Source: Octopus sinensis (lineage: Eukaryota). From it: a stretch of DNA of 64,000 bases. Shown here piece by piece: positions 25,858 to 40,285 of the stretch. The stretch covers positions 21,824,001 through 21,888,000 of the forward strand of contig NC_043015.1 in the NCBI RefSeq assembly GCF_006345805.1. The letters run 5' to 3'. Every line of letters begins with the position of its first letter. Positions within the stretch are counted from its first letter, which is position 1. Both the position numbers and the translations under genes were made by a program. The notes under the pieces are model-generated. The model was not told where the DNA came from. It was given only the letters and a program-made list of their open reading frames with translations, and ran no database searches.

Positions 25858-27269
25858 CATATATTTGTATATATATATATACAAATAAAAGTATGCACAT
25901 GACAGTATATATAAGTATGTACTTATGTATGCATATATGAATATATATATATACCCGAGTCTATATATGTATATATAAATATATATATATATATACGCAC
26001 ATACATACATACATACATACATACATACATACATACATACATACATACATACATACATACATACGCACACACGCACACATACGCACATGTATGTAAGCAA
26101 TTTCGGATATATTCAATTTTCAATAATAATATTTATATGATCATTCAATATTCGTAACCCCTAACAACATTCATGCGTCAACAATTCCATTATTCCCACT
26201 GACCAATCAGATTGGTGAAGTAATTTCTTTTTATTTTATTTTATTCTATTTTCTTTTTTGTGGTGAGAATCAAAATGGGATATTTATAGTATTCATATTT
26301 ACTAATGCCTGATGAACCGAAATGGGAAAATTTAATTCATAATTGTAAAGTATGAGCTACATAATACACACACACACACACATATATATATATGGATGGA
26401 AATATACATATATATATGTATATGTGTGTGTATATGTATATATATATATATTTCACACACATACACACACATAGATTTATAAGTATATATATATATAGGA
26501 GGGGGTTGTTTGTGTGACCGTGTGGAGGGTGAGGGAGGAAATAGGGAAAGTCAAAGAAAGAGAGTAGGTGAGAGAGATTGCGAAAGAGAGAGGTGGGAAG
26601 AGAGAGAGGGAGATTTGTCAACACAAGCTAAAAGATTGTAGCCAAGAAGCTCTGTCAAATTTATTAAACACGACATATTCTGAGGGTATATGCTCTCGCA
26701 TTTGCAACTCTTAATTGTATGCATTTGTTAAATAGGGAACGTGGATTATTGACGAACTAAAATCTCAGTAGCATTTTCAAGGAATGTACACGCATACACA
26801 TATGCAACCCACACCCCAACATAAACTCTCTCACACACTGAAAAAACCCAGGCACACATGCATAAAAACACACTCACTCGCAAAAGCACACACACAATCA
26901 ACTTTTAAAAAAATAATACGGAGGCGAGTGAACGAGGGAGATGTGTGATATTTTCCATGGACGTATACTTACGTAGCTGTATCTGCGTTCTGCATATATT
27001 ATTCAATCTTTGCTGTGATGAAATGTTCTATTGAATAAGCGTAGAAGCAAAAAAATATGAAAAAAATCTTCTGGGTTTCTTATGTAACAGAGTTCAGCAT
27101 AACCCATTGCTATCCGAAGCCGCACCACACCGAACAATTCTTTATATAATACAATTGCAAGAGAAGCCATCACTAAAGCCCTTCCACACACCTACAAAAC
27201 ATAAATCCTTGCAATCTTATTTATTGCCTCGGTCGGGAAGATGCAATTACTTTTATCGTAAAAAAACAA

Positions 27270-27306
<37 letters not shown>

Positions 27307-27385
27307 GTTGTTTTTGTTGTTGTTGTTGTTATTATTATTATTATTATCATTATTATTTTTATTATTATTATTGTTTTTGTTTTTG

Positions 27386-27417
<32 letters not shown>

Positions 27418-27550
27418 GTTTTTGTTGTTGTTGTTGTTGTTATTATTATTAATATTATTATCATTATTATTTTTATTATTATTATTGTTTTTGTTGTTGT
27501 TGTTATTATTATTATTATTAGTAGTAGTATTATTATTGTTTCTGTTGTTG

Positions 27551-27605
<55 letters not shown>

Positions 27606-27850
27606 CATTGCTGTTGTTGTTTCTGCTGTTATAGTTGTCGGCGTCATCATCGTTGTTGCTGCTTTTGTTATTGTTCTTCTTATTAACGTCGTCACCATAA
27701 CCACCGCCACCACCACCACCCTCACCATCCTCCTCCTCATCATCCTCAACATTGTAGTCGTCGTCGTCGTCGTCATCATCATAATTACTGTCGTTGTTTT
27801 GTATGTTGTTGACGTTGTTATTATTTCTATTGATATTATTAATAATATTT
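27270..27850. repeat. Compound trinucleotide array (TAT/TGT/CAT/CGT/CAC)
   Basis: Read directly; it produces the poly-L/I/T ORFs. Confidence 0.95.
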
Positions 27851-27908
27851 TATCTGAAGGAGGTATTAAATGTATAATTTTTTTACACTTTTGTTCAAGT
27901 ACATATAT

Positions 27909-27989
<81 letters not shown>

Positions 27990-28812
27990 TAAAGATCGGA
28001 AGCGAATATACTCAAGTAAAGAAATGAAAAACAAAAGTAAATAAAATAAAGGGAAAATATATGTTCGAGAAATAACACTGTGGCGTATGGAGGGAAAGAA
28101 AATTAAATATATAGAAAATTGCCTGGTAAATTTTCCCGCCCAAATCAATAGAATAGGGCTCATAATTTCTATAGTTCTTCAGAAAAGATTGACAACAATA
28201 CATTTGAAATATATATGTGTGTGTGTATATAAATATAAATATGTCTATGTATATATATATGTATATATATGTATTTATGTATGTATTTAAGTATGTGTAT
28301 AAATACTATATTATAAGATAGAATACAATGTAATACAATATAATATATTATAATGAGATATATCATATATATCATATATTGAGTGTGTATGTGTGAGTGC
28401 GTATGCATCTGTGTGTTTATATGTATATACACATACGCGTACGGAAACATTTACAAGTCATTATACCTAAGGATATATAGGTCTATACGTGTGTGTAGTT
28501 ATATAATTACACATATTCTCATATATATACATATATATATATATGTATATATACATAATAACATGCATATATACATATCTATGAGTATGCGTATATATAT
28601 ATATATATATACATATATCCATCCATCTATCTATCTGAATGTATATACATCTATACATATTAATATATATTGGTACATGTAATTATACAGACACATACAC
28701 TTACACACATAAATACCCGTGTGTGCAATTACCTGTATATCCACACTCACGTCCAAATATTTGTATGTATATATATATATATATGCATACATACATACAT
28801 ACATACATACAT

Positions 28813-28865
<53 letters not shown>

Positions 28866-28961
28866 ATTATATATATATATATATAATATGTATATATATA
28901 TGTATATATATTATATATAAACACCCATACATGCATCTATATGTGTGTTTATATCTATCTA

Positions 28962-30240
28962 CGAGGGGCGTTCAATAAGTAATGCCTCTGACCAAATTCC
29001 CATAGAAGTAGAGCAACAAAACTTGGCACAGTTATTAGTCTTTTTCTACATAGAAACCACCCAGAGTTACGCATTTCTACCATCGTTTGATGCAGCTCTG
29101 GAGACCGTTTTTGTAGAAGACCCCAGCTCGGTCCTCCAAGCCCGACGTGACTTCAGAAATCAAGGCTGCATCATCTGGGAAACGCTTTCCTTTCAAAAAC
29201 AACTTCATGGCTGGGAAGAGGTGAAAATTCGAGGGTGCAAGGTCAAGAGAGTAGGGGCATGGGGGAGGAGTTTATAGCCGCACGCCTGTGCTTTTGATCT
29301 GGCGACCATCGAGTTGTGGACCGGAGTGTTGTCCTGCAGGAGGATGATGCCTTTGCTGATCTTTCCCCGCCTCTTGATTTTGATAGCTTCTCTTAATTTC
29401 ATCAAAAGTGAAGCATAATAGGCTCCTGTAATTGTGGTACCCTTTGCCAGGAAATCTGTCATCACTACTCCGTCCTGGTCACAGAAGACTATGAGCATGA
29501 CCTTGCTAGTGGAGGGCTGCACCCTTGCCTTCTTTGGAGGAGGTTAGTCACGGTGCTTCCACTGCATTGACTGAGCTTTTGTCTCTGGATCATAGTGATG
29601 GACCCAGGTTTTATCCTATGCAATCAGTCTTTTGAAAATTGTTGACCCATCTTCTTGGCACATCTCCAAATTCATCCTCGAGCACTCGGCGCATTCTTGC
29701 TTCCGGAAAGGTGTGAGCAACCTGGGAATCCATCTGGCAGACACCTTTTGCATATGCAAATGGTCATGAGTGATTGGTTTCCACAGACCCGGTACTAATT
29801 TTGACCTCATGGGCTATTTGCCGAATAGTTATGCGTCGATCTTCCAAAATGGCAGCCTCAACTTGATGGACAGATGCCTCATCAATAGCAGTAGGGGGCG
29901 ACCAGATCTGGGAGCTGTTTCCACAGAGTTAAGACCATGTTTGAATTCACAATGCCAGCGTTTTACAAGGTCATATGATGGGGCATCATCACCATAAGTT
30001 ACTTTCATTTCATCAAAAGTCTCCCGTGGTTTGCGTCCTTTCAAATATAAAAAGCGGATCACTGCCCGACACTGCACATGCTCCATTTCACACTTGACAC
30101 AGTTCAAACACCTGTAAATCAGTTCAGAGCTATAATTTACCACTTTATCTATAGAGATATAGATAATTACACATGCGAAATTTCAGCTAGATCAAACAAC
30201 TGCAAGTGGGTCAGAGGCATTACTTATTGAACGCCCCTCG
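28962..30240 (-). mobile_element. Full-length (1279 bp) mariner transposon, irritans-like, with disrupted transposase
   Basis: Perfect 32-bp TIRs CGAGGGGCGTTCAATAAGTAATGCCTCTGACC (28962-28993 and 30209-30240) with TA on both sides. Transposase pieces: MEHVQCRAVIRFL...RSGRP, KVSARWIPRLLT, DKTWVHHYDPE, LLQDNTPVH. Several frameshifts and a stop. Confidence 0.96.
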
Positions 30241-30430
30241 TATCTATCTATCTATATATATATATAAATGTATATAAATATATAAATGTATATATGTATA
30301 AGTTTCAACCTTTATAAACAAGGAGTTACAACATCTTTACTTGTGAGATTTTTGCTGCCCTGGTAACTATTCATTCATTTATCCGTGTTAATTGTTAACA
30401 AGGTAAAATACACTCATCTATTTATATATT

Positions 30431-30465
<35 letters not shown>

Positions 30466-30466
30466 T

Positions 30467-30504
<38 letters not shown>

Positions 30505-30554
30505 TCTTCCATAAATTATTATATATATTCATATATATATATAATTCATACACA

Positions 30555-30589
<35 letters not shown>

Positions 30590-31049
30590 TTCTATATATA
30601 TATGTGTGTGATTTTGCATATATATGTATATGTAGGTGTTCATTCGTGATGTAGGAACACCACTGAAATTTCTCTGTGCATGTGTGCATGATACCAAGTG
30701 AAAAAAGCCAATTGTTAAAGGAAAATGTAATGAAATAGATGAAGATAGAAATATATTTACAGTTATAACTAGCAAATTTTATTTTTTACCTGTCTGGAAT
30801 AACATTGCTTACCTATCACGTGTTCTTGGGATGGGTACTGCTGTACTGTAGCTTTGTTAGTTTTGCTCGAAAATAGCGTTGCGGCGACCAAAGAACTGTG
30901 AGTGAATATGGTTGACTGAGACTGCTTTGAAACCCGTAGAAGATAAGTATTATGAAAAGATACGCATTTATTTATATATCTATATACACCAGGCCAGTCG
31001 AGAGTCCACCGAGCGTCGAAATAATACATTCCATGTGGATGTCTTCTTG

Positions 31050-33250
31050 TTATGTTTTTGATTGATTCTAGTTTCAGTTCACGAGCTATGGCCATGATGG
31101 GGCACCGCCATTTGGTGTTGCTACATGGTTTTACTTCACGAATGCTTTTTAGCAACTGCCATTTGGTGCATGAGAGAGTTCGATGCAGCTGCCCTCATCA
31201 GCACCTTCTGCCGTGAAGTTGGTTCATCTGGGATACCTGACAAGAAGAGATCCAGTTTCATTTTAAAGACATCTGCATCCACCCCATACAGGTCTCTTAG
31301 GTTCTTTGGGAGGATATTGAAGAGCTGTGGGCCTTGGAAGCCCAGGCTATCACAGTATCTTGTCCTACATCTTGATGGCAAATTTGGAGTCCTAGGCACC
31401 ACGCAGTGGCGCCCAGTTCTGGTATTTGTGTAACTCTCGATGCCAAAGTTTGGGACAAGTCCTTCCAGGATCTTCCAGATGTATATTATGGCATATCTTT
31501 CTCGCCTACGCTCCAAGGAATAGAGTTTTAATCTCTTGAGTCTTTCCCAGTAGCTTATATTCTGCACAGAGGCTATCTTCTTCGTGTAGCTACGTTGGAT
31601 CGCCTCAAGTTCTGTGATCGACTTGACACTGGATGGTGACCATAGCTGAGAGCAATAGTCAAAGTGGCTTAGGACAAGTGTCCTCCAGAGGACCATCATG
31701 GTTTCTTGTTCTCTTGTTTTAAAGGTTCTGAGAATCCATCCGGCCAGTCGTCTACATTTCATTGCCAATTTAGCAACATGTACACGAAAGGTTGCGTCAT
31801 CACTCATGTAAATACCCAGGTCACGCACTGATTGTGCCTCTGGGATTGCAATTCCTCCGGGTCCAGTGTATTCATTGGGTATTGCATTTAGTTTTGCATG
31901 CTGATAGCATAAAGCTTGAAACTTTTCAGCATTGAACTGCATGCTATTTTTTTCAGCCCACTTGTATATTTTGTCCAGCTCACATTGCAGGCGTTTAGTG
32001 TCCTCAGGTTTCTGTATTGCCTGTGAAACTTTTGTATCATCTGCATAACTTGTGATCGTGGCTCTCTGCATGGCTGAGGGCATGTCTGAGAGGGCCATTA
32101 TGAACAGTAGTGGACCCAAAACAGTGCCCTGCGGAACACGGCTCACTATTTGCGTGTTAATGGAAGTGTTAATTGGCTACTACCACCTGACTTCTATCTT
32201 TCAGAAAGTCATGAAGCCATTCTCCCAGTTTTCCAACTATGCTAAGATCACGCAGTTTGTGACATATCATTCCATGATCGACTTTATCAAAGGCCTTTGC
32301 AAAGTCGAGATATATCACTTCCACATTTGAGTGGTTGAGCAGTCGTTTCAGCACCCAGTCATAGTGTTGTAGGAGCTGAGTTCTTGGCCTCCGCTCTGCT
32401 ACCTCCTTTATGAATAGGGCATATTTTACCTCCCTTCAGTTTTCTTGGAAGTTTGCCAGCTGCAAGGAAGCTCTGAAAGAGGAACTGCAGTGGTCTTGCT
32501 AGGACTCTCTTACATACTTTTAGGAGGATTGCCGGGAATCCATCGGGGCCAGTAGCTGAGTCTGTTTTCATTTCATCTATAGCCTTTATTACATCGTCTT
32601 CCTTTATATAGATGTAATCTATCGTCGCCGCCTCTGATTTTATATCTGCAGTGGTAAAGAAGTCAGTTGGATTGGTGATTTGGAAATGCCCAAGGGGTGG
32701 AATGAAAACACTCTTGAATTGCTCATTCAGTATTTCACTTACCCTCATTGGTTTTCCTGTGAGTGTGCCATCTTTTTCAAGGAGTGGCCCTATCCTACAG
32801 TGCACCGTAGCTGTTTCTTTGGCATACCTGTTGAAAGCTCTGGGGTTAGATTTTATGTTGTCTATAGCCCAGGCTTCTTTGTCTGCTCTTTCCTTTTCAT
32901 GGAAGAGTTGCAGACATTTTTCAATTTCCAACAGTTTTATTTTCAGGCGGGACTTTTCACTGCTTTCAATTTGTTTGTTTGGGCGATTTGAAATTTTTGT
33001 ACGCCGTCTCATTAAAATTGTCCTCTCTCTGGTGATTTTGTTCTTGTGTACAGTGGCCTATTACTCTGGGACACATTTGTAGCATATGGCTTGCATTACA
33101 GACATGAATTGTTGAAGTTTCACGTCGATGTCTGGCGAGGAGAGACATTCAGGCCAGTTTCGTTTGAGGATCTCTTTCTCAATTTGTTTCCAGTTTGCCT
33201 TATGGAAGCTCAAGCTGGAAAGATTCTGAGGGTTTCTTGTAGGCTGTTAT
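31050..33250 (-). mobile_element. 5'-truncated CR1/L2-type LINE (RT and C-terminal region)
   Basis: ORFs 32359-33012, 32169-32354 and 31136-32146 contain SATGPDGFP, IYLDFAKAFDKVDH, VPQGTVLGPLLF, SYADDTK, DYCSQLWSP and YSLERRRERY. The short 3' UTR ends ...ACTGAAACTAGAATCAATCAA. No endonuclease domain is retained. Confidence 0.92.
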
Positions 33251-33569
33251 TAATAAATTTCCTTTATTTATTTTATAATATATCTATATACATATATAAA
33301 GAAATGCGCATACAAATCATAGTGCGTGGTTTGCAAAAGTGAGTGGATATGTTTGTGTGCGTGTACGTGTGTGTATGTATGTGTGCAAGGTTTGTGCTTC
33401 CTGGCCGACTGCCTTAAGTCATAAAATAATGTGTAAGGTAGATTTATACACACAAGTGTGTTCATGACACACGTCCCCTGACCCATTTTCGTTTAATGCA
33501 GGAAACGGAACTTGTACACCTATAATAGTCCATGTTTTTATAAGTCAATTGTAACTTGCAGATTTCCAC

Positions 33570-34684
33570 TAGTATTCATTTCTCTTCTATTCATTTATCT
33601 TGTATTAATTTGTCTTCTACGGCTGCTGAAGTGGACTACGGTTTTATAATGAATACATTTGAACGTAGATCAGTGATCAGAATCTTATATTTGAAAGTTC
33701 GTACATCAAAGGAGACTCTCGATGAGATGTAAGCAGTTGATGGTGTAGAATGCATCAAATATGGCGTAGTCAAACACAAGCATCGCCAGTTCAATGTGGT
33801 CGGACATCTGTGGAAACGGCTTCTATTCCTGGACGACCACTTTCCGCCATACATAACGACACTATCCATAAAGCGGAAGGTGACATTTTGGAGGATCGCC
33901 GAATAACTATTCGGCAACTGGCAACAGGAAATGAAGATAAGTGTAGAGTCCGTGGAAAAAATCATTCACAGCCTTTTGCACATGCGGAGGTTGTCAATAT
34001 GACGGATGGCCATTTCAGAAGCAGAAAAAGTCGATTGCTCACAGGTTCTTTTGGCAACGTGCCAAGAAAACGAAGTAGACATTTTTTGTATATATACATG
34101 CACACATACGCACATACAGAGGATGAAATATGAGTCCATCACTATCATCCTGAAACTAAAGTCCAATCGAAGCAATGGAAGCCTTTTAAGTAGCCACCTC
34201 CAAAGAAGGCTTGTCTCCAACCCTCACCAGGGAAGTTGATGCTCACTGTCTTTTGGGATCAGATTGGAGTATTGATGATGGATTTTCTGGAAAAGGGCAC
34301 CACAAAAAATGGTGTATATTATGCTTCTCTACTGTGGAAAATTTGGGACGGCATCAAAGCATGCTGACTAAAATAGTCTGCCTCCTCGAAGACACCACCC
34401 TAGTTCACAATGCGCATGTTGCTCAGATCAAATCAAACTCCTCTGGCTAGGAAATTCTTCCTCAACTCAAGGGGAAGCACTTTTCGGATGATGAACTTAT
34501 TCCCGACGTAAAGTCTTGCCTCTTGACGCAACCTACATACTTCTACTGACGGGATCTTCACATGTGCAAAAGAGCGATGGGAGGAGTGTGTCACCATTGT
34601 AGAAGGACTAATAATTAGACCAAGTTTCCTTTATCCCACTCCTTGGGAAGTGGGTAAGAGGAAATTTTTAATGAACACCCCTCG
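33570..34684 (+). mobile_element. Degenerate irritans-like mariner remnant
   Basis: MNTFERRSVIRILYLK..., IPGRPLSA..., decayed catalytic region, and right TIR TTTTAATGAACACCCCTCG+TA at 34666-34686. The left TIR was not found. Confidence 0.8.
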
Positions 34685-35494
34685 TATACACACACCCACA
34701 CATCTTATACTGGTCGAAAGCGGTAAAGATAAAGGTAATGAAATTCTAATTCACAGATATTACTGTACGTTGACTTCTATCTTACATTTCATATGGAACT
34801 CTTAGTCAAATCTTAGTTAAACCCGTCAAAATACCGTGTAGTTTACCCGGAAACCGGTACATAAACCTAATTTCACGCTATAGAATGAGCGAAAATCTTA
34901 CAATGTCTCGCGTGCACGTAAGACTATCGAAGATAACTTTCGAGCAGATAGTAATGGCCCGTTTTAAGGACCGGAACCCCAGTTCTCATTAAAGTATTTG
35001 CCTAGCAAGAGAAAACTGTTTTATTGTAAAAATCCATTGCGCAGTTTATGCTCGACGACGTGAATGCTCGACGAACGGGTGGAAGTGAGAATTATTTGAA
35101 ATATTGACTGCAATTCTGTTTACGGTTTATGATCTATTGTCGACATCACGCACATTATCTTCTCATCATCACGAACAGAAAACACACGTATGGGAAGAAG
35201 GAATATGTGACAGGTAAAATCTGTTCTTTCTCTAGATACTTTATTATCATACATGCCATGCTAGAAGTTGCGTTTCACCGATCAGTAGCTCGACTACAAT
35301 CTACGAAGAGCCATCGGTATCAATTTAAATGGTGTCTGTTGACACGAGCTAACTTACAGCTTAAATTCACATTCGCATACATTCATACATACATGCAAAC
35401 ATATATTCGTACGTACGTAGATACATATAGACATACAAACGTACGAGCATACACACATACACATATCCGTAAGTATGTACACACCCACAAATAA

Positions 35495-35548
<54 letters not shown>

Positions 35549-35569
35549 GTACACATACACATGCACACA

Positions 35570-35627
<58 letters not shown>

Positions 35628-36326
35628 ATACATACAGGCATACATGCCTGCCTAATACATAGAAACACGTACATGGTGATGGCTCCATCTTCAAAGATCA
35701 TTGTCATGCCTTTGTGCATTCCTCATTTTCCATGGTATATTTATAATTTGTAATTCATCCATGCCCTCTTCGGAGGATCTGTTGTAGACATGCATGGTTT
35801 GAAGCAGAAGTGTCAGACGAAAGGTGTAACTTAATGAGCGATTACAACTTGATAGGTCTGCACACGTTACTACTCTTCCAAACCTACAGAATTTTCGGTG
35901 GATGGTAGCCATAACCAAATATTTGCACATTTGAATTATTGTGAAAAACACTTCTACGACACGAGTACTACTTTCTGAGACTCAGTGATTAGGACCTAGT
36001 GACAAGCTGAAGCGAGATGACCAGTTATGACGTGACATCGCAGGTTTTATATCAGTGTCCCTTTCCTACAACAATGCTGTAAGACTAGCTTAGGGTCTCT
36101 CATTGCCGCTGGTTTTAGTGTGCGCCCTGACACCAACCAATGGTGTTTCTATATCTCTCCCCATTCAGATGGATTGTCATCACGTATGCTTGTAATCCCA
36201 CAGATGAGTAGCTTACAAGTGCTAATACTCTGACTATGAGTAGACCTGGTACAAATTGTGGCCAAGAGGTGGTAGCACACTCCTCACAAACTAGAAACCC
36301 ACTAGCGGAATACACACACACACACA

Positions 36327-36393
<67 letters not shown>

Positions 36394-36394
36394 G

Positions 36395-36575
36395 TGAAAA
36401 TTAAAAAAAAAAGACGAAGACGGGTGTGTAAATAACAAACAGATGTATTAGTTTAACGCTTGGAAGTCTTTTACCTTTCAGGCCTACGCTCTTTGACAGA
36501 AAGGAACACAGAAATAAACAGAGAGAGAAATTAGAAAAGGTATAGTGGCTAAGGATATATCATGGCGAATGCCGA
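36395..36575 (-). mobile_element. Repeat family H1, copy 2
   Basis: Homologous to 12225-12420. Minus-strand motif CCTTTCTGTCAAAGAGCGTAGGCCTGAAAGGTAAAAGAC at 36466-36504. Both ends abut (TA)n. Confidence 0.6.
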
Positions 36576-37716
36576 ACATATATATATATATATATTTCTG
36601 TATGTGTGTATGTTTATATATATATATCCATGCATGCCTGTGTAGTTTTGTTGTACAGCGCAATCACAGATGAATACATTTTACTCGTGAAAGGTTTGTT
36701 GAGTTTGAGAAATAGGATCGCCAAATGAAAGGATGGTCATATCTCAGACACTTATGACAATTGGACACGTATGCATTGTAATGTGAATAAACAAAAAGAA
36801 AATATAGTAACGAATATTCACAGCCGTTTGATTAGTCCTCGAATTGATGTGCAGGATCTTATATTCAATGATATCTCTAAAAACCCATGTGTTGTTCGCT
36901 GGAAACAATTGGAAAAATAGCCCCGACAGAGTAAATGGATAAAAAGTTATTATAGAGTTTAGAATCGTAGGATTTTAAAAGTCTGAGAACATAACAAGAT
37001 TTATTTTGTCGAAAGCAATCGCATGTTATACATTAGACATCTCTTTAAAATCATAAGTAGTAATGTCTGTTTAGAATGCCTAACCTACCGCAACACTCCA
37101 CAAAATGTTCTATATTTAGATTATACCACTTAGAAAGAAAGATGGAATTTGGAATGACCAAATTGGCAACTTATCAGAACAACCCTCAAGGCATGTAAGA
37201 ATCTTAAATTGGGAAATTACAAATCATTTCATACTATTCATTAACTTTCTAAACGAAAAGACGCGTGACGGTATCGGAAGAAATTTGAAACTATTCTAAT
37301 ATTCAATTTTATAATATACGAATCGATTGGTCGTGTTTGACGCTACATTTGGTCGCCTGTTGACTGCAAAAGCGGAAAATGAGGACGGGTTCGGAGAAAT
37401 TATTTTCAGAAATTACTCATGCACTTATCCAAATTTCAATTGAGTGGTTTAGTTCAGACACCGTCGCAAAGAGCTTCACGGCTTCAAATGAGTGGGGAAG
37501 TACAATGAAAGCTAAATTCACGAAGAGTTAAGGACATGATCTAATCTAGGCACAGTTATGCAGGTGATAACAAGAATACGCTGGATTGTGATTTCTTTAT
37601 ATTTTCGTCTCGTTATTCATCCCTTCTTGTAGAGGAGAATGTGATTGTGGATTCATGGTTTAAACAATGCTGAGTTTGGGTGTCTAAGTTTGGGAAGTTT
37701 ATGTGGCAAATATATA

Positions 37717-37748
37717 GTAGTTTGTCCGGAAAGTTCTGAATAAGCAAA

Positions 37749-37791
<43 letters not shown>

Positions 37792-38887
37792 GACCTTTCA
37801 ATAAATTTTATTAAATAAATTCCATTATTATTAATGACATTTGGTCATCTATAACGCGATTTACATATTCCATCAGCGTAAAACTTGATGCATTTTGACA
37901 CCATCTAAATCGTTAAATGTTTTCCCCTTGCAATGAGTTCTATGGAGACAAAAACAAGTGGTAGTGGGAAGGCACAATATCAGGAGAATATGATGAATGG
38001 TGTAAGAGATCCCAGCCGCGTTCATCTAACTTTGCTGGGGTAGCCAAAGACACATGTAGTTGGGCATTGTATTGTTGGAACACTACCAAGTCCCTGTTGG
38101 CAATCTCTGGTCTGAATTCTTTGATATTTCGGTTCAAATTAGCAGCAGACGACAGTACACATCAGAATTAATGGTATGGTTTAGTGGGAGGAGCTCATAC
38201 TAAATAAAGCCTTTATGATCCCACCAAAAACAAGCCATATCTTTCTTGGCATGGATATTCGTCTTTGGTTACTGTTTGGGGGGATCCTTACGCAAACTCC
38301 AGGAGCTTTTTAGCACAGAGTTTTCGTGCATAATCTATCTTTCATTTCCAGTCGCAAGTTGTTTCAAAAAAAGAATGCTTCATTCCGTTTCAAAAGCTTA
38401 TTACAAACGGAATACAGGTCCAAGCAATTCTTTTCTGAGGGTCTGTGACATCCCCATACACTATAGCGAGAAACGTATCCTACCTTTACAAGTTGTTCAT
38501 GAACCGTACATTTAGAAACTTCCAACTCCTCTGCAACTTCTTCAGTCGTGATATTTGTGCTTTCTTCAATTTTTGCTTTCAATACAGTTGATTTACAACA
38601 TCGTCACCATAAACTTCACAAATGTTTTTACAAAACTTTGAGGCATATTCTGCTTTTTAAAAAAAAGGAAATCATTAAAATGAGAATATGAAAGTTTTGG
38701 TTATCATTTCAAATGTCAAAGAAGGGTAACCGGAATGAAGGATGAATCTGTTACTAGTCAGGAACAAATTCGAAATGGACTACCACTTCAAGCAACGACA
38801 AAATTTTAGCTGTTACGTTTCAGGTGTGTTCAATGAGGCGTTAAACGGTTTAGCTTAAATATGCTCAAAACTTTCTGGACAAACTAA
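37717..38887 (-). mobile_element. Degenerate mariner, mellifera/cecropia-like
   Basis: Imperfect TIRs TAGTTTGTCC(G/A)GAAAGTT at both ends. Transposase pieces include TTEEVAEELEVSKCTVHEQL...LLKRN and VVFQQYNA..H...GWDLLHHSSYSPDIVPSHYHLF. A (TA)n tract has expanded inside at ~37755-37788. Confidence 0.85.
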
Positions 38888-38944
38888 TATAATGTATGTA
38901 CCTATATACATATGTACACCAACATTCATATATATATAATAGCC

Positions 38945-39612
38945 ACTTAAACATGGCTGTTCCGTAGGAATCGACGTTGCTACTATATTAACTCCATGAG
39001 GACGCCTCCTCCAGCTGGTTGTTCAATGCAATCTGGACCCAATAAATATTGCAAGTATGGGAGTGAACCCCTACCATCTTCCAGCCACGATACCACCAGA
39101 CTGTACAATTTCGACATATTTGTGGTTATCTCCAGTGGTGGATACTCGCCAGCTAGTAATAGCAGTAGTTCTCTTCGGCGTGCAATATATAGAAAACCAA
39201 GTGTCACACAGGCATTGATCATGCAACAAGACGATTTGCTCGTTAAAAATGTCCATAAGAATAAAGAGCTGTGGTTATACTGAGAAGTAAGGTTTATCGC
39301 TACTTAAATGTGGCTGTTCTGTGGCAACCGACGTTACTGCAATTTGTAACCTCAGGAGGAAGCTTCCTCTAGCTGGTTATTCGATGCCAAAAAAGTGTTG
39401 CAAGATCAGTGACTATGTGTCACTTGGTTGTCTGAATGTTACAAGCTAGAATAAACTACTGCTATCAGTAGCGAGCGAGTATCTACTACGGAGCATGACC
39501 ACAAAGATGGCGAAACCGTAAAATATGGTGGTCCACACTTCTGCTTGCAATATATATCGGGTGCAAAATCCTTTGAATAACCAGCTGGTAGAAGAGTCCT
39601 CCTGCGGTTCAA
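38945..39612. repeat. Cluster of two diverged direct copies (~90 bp) and one inverted partial copy of one motif
   Basis: 38945-39030 resembles 39298-39390. The reverse complement of 39573-39610 matches 39347-39384 at about 30 of 38 positions. Confidence 0.7.
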
Positions 39613-39932
39613 GACTAGTCGACTAAGTTCTATCTTGTACCGCTGTTATTGAATTCATAGGTAGACTTGCACGTCTGTTATGCGTATTATAATAGCTTCT
39701 TCGGAGCATGTTTACATCAAAAATATATTTTCATCAAAAATATATTTTCCTACTGCTTTGCTGTGCTGCATTGTATAGAAATACACACACATATATATAT
39801 GCACGCACACACGCATGCACACATACACACGCATCTATATACATACATACATACGTATATACAGACACATATACATGCACATATATATATATATATTCAT
39901 ATATACATGTTTACAGACACACACATATATAA

Positions 39933-39995
39933 CGTTGTTTACACACCCGCCTTCGTCTTTTGATTTGTTTCCTCTTTTTGGTAAATTCCAACTAT
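39933..39995 (+). mobile_element. Terminal fragment of repeat family H1 (no hammerhead part)
   Basis: GTTGTTTACACACCCGCCTTCGTCTTT...CCAACTATATA is the reverse complement of the H1 ends at 36395-36440 and 48930-48985. Confidence 0.55.
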
Positions 39996-40035
39996 ATATA
40001 TGTGCATGAATATACATATACATGCACACACACGC

Positions 40036-40285
40036 GGGCGCAGACATGGCTGTGCGTTAAGAGGCTTGCTTCCCACATGGTTCCAGCGTTTAGTCTTAGT
40101 GCGTGGCACTTTGGGCAAGTGTCTACTATTATAGCCTCGGCCTGACCAAAGCCTTGTGAATGGTTTAGCTAGACGGAAACTGAAAGAAGCCCGATAGAAT
40201 AAGTACTAGGCTTACAAAGAATAAGTCCCCGGGTCGATTTCTTCGACTAAAAGGTGGTGCGCTAGAATGGCCGCAGTGAAATAAC
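40036..40285 (+). mobile_element. SINE family S1, internally deleted copy
   Basis: The head (GGCGCAGACATGGCTGTG...GAAACTGAAAGAAGCCCG) is joined directly to the tail (ATAGAATAAGTACTAGG...TGGCCGCAGT) at ~40190-40194. Confidence 0.8.

Noticed and set aside
26305-26325. CTGATGAACCGAAA, hammerhead core words close together
   Set aside because: There is no room for stem II and no stem I/III pairing.
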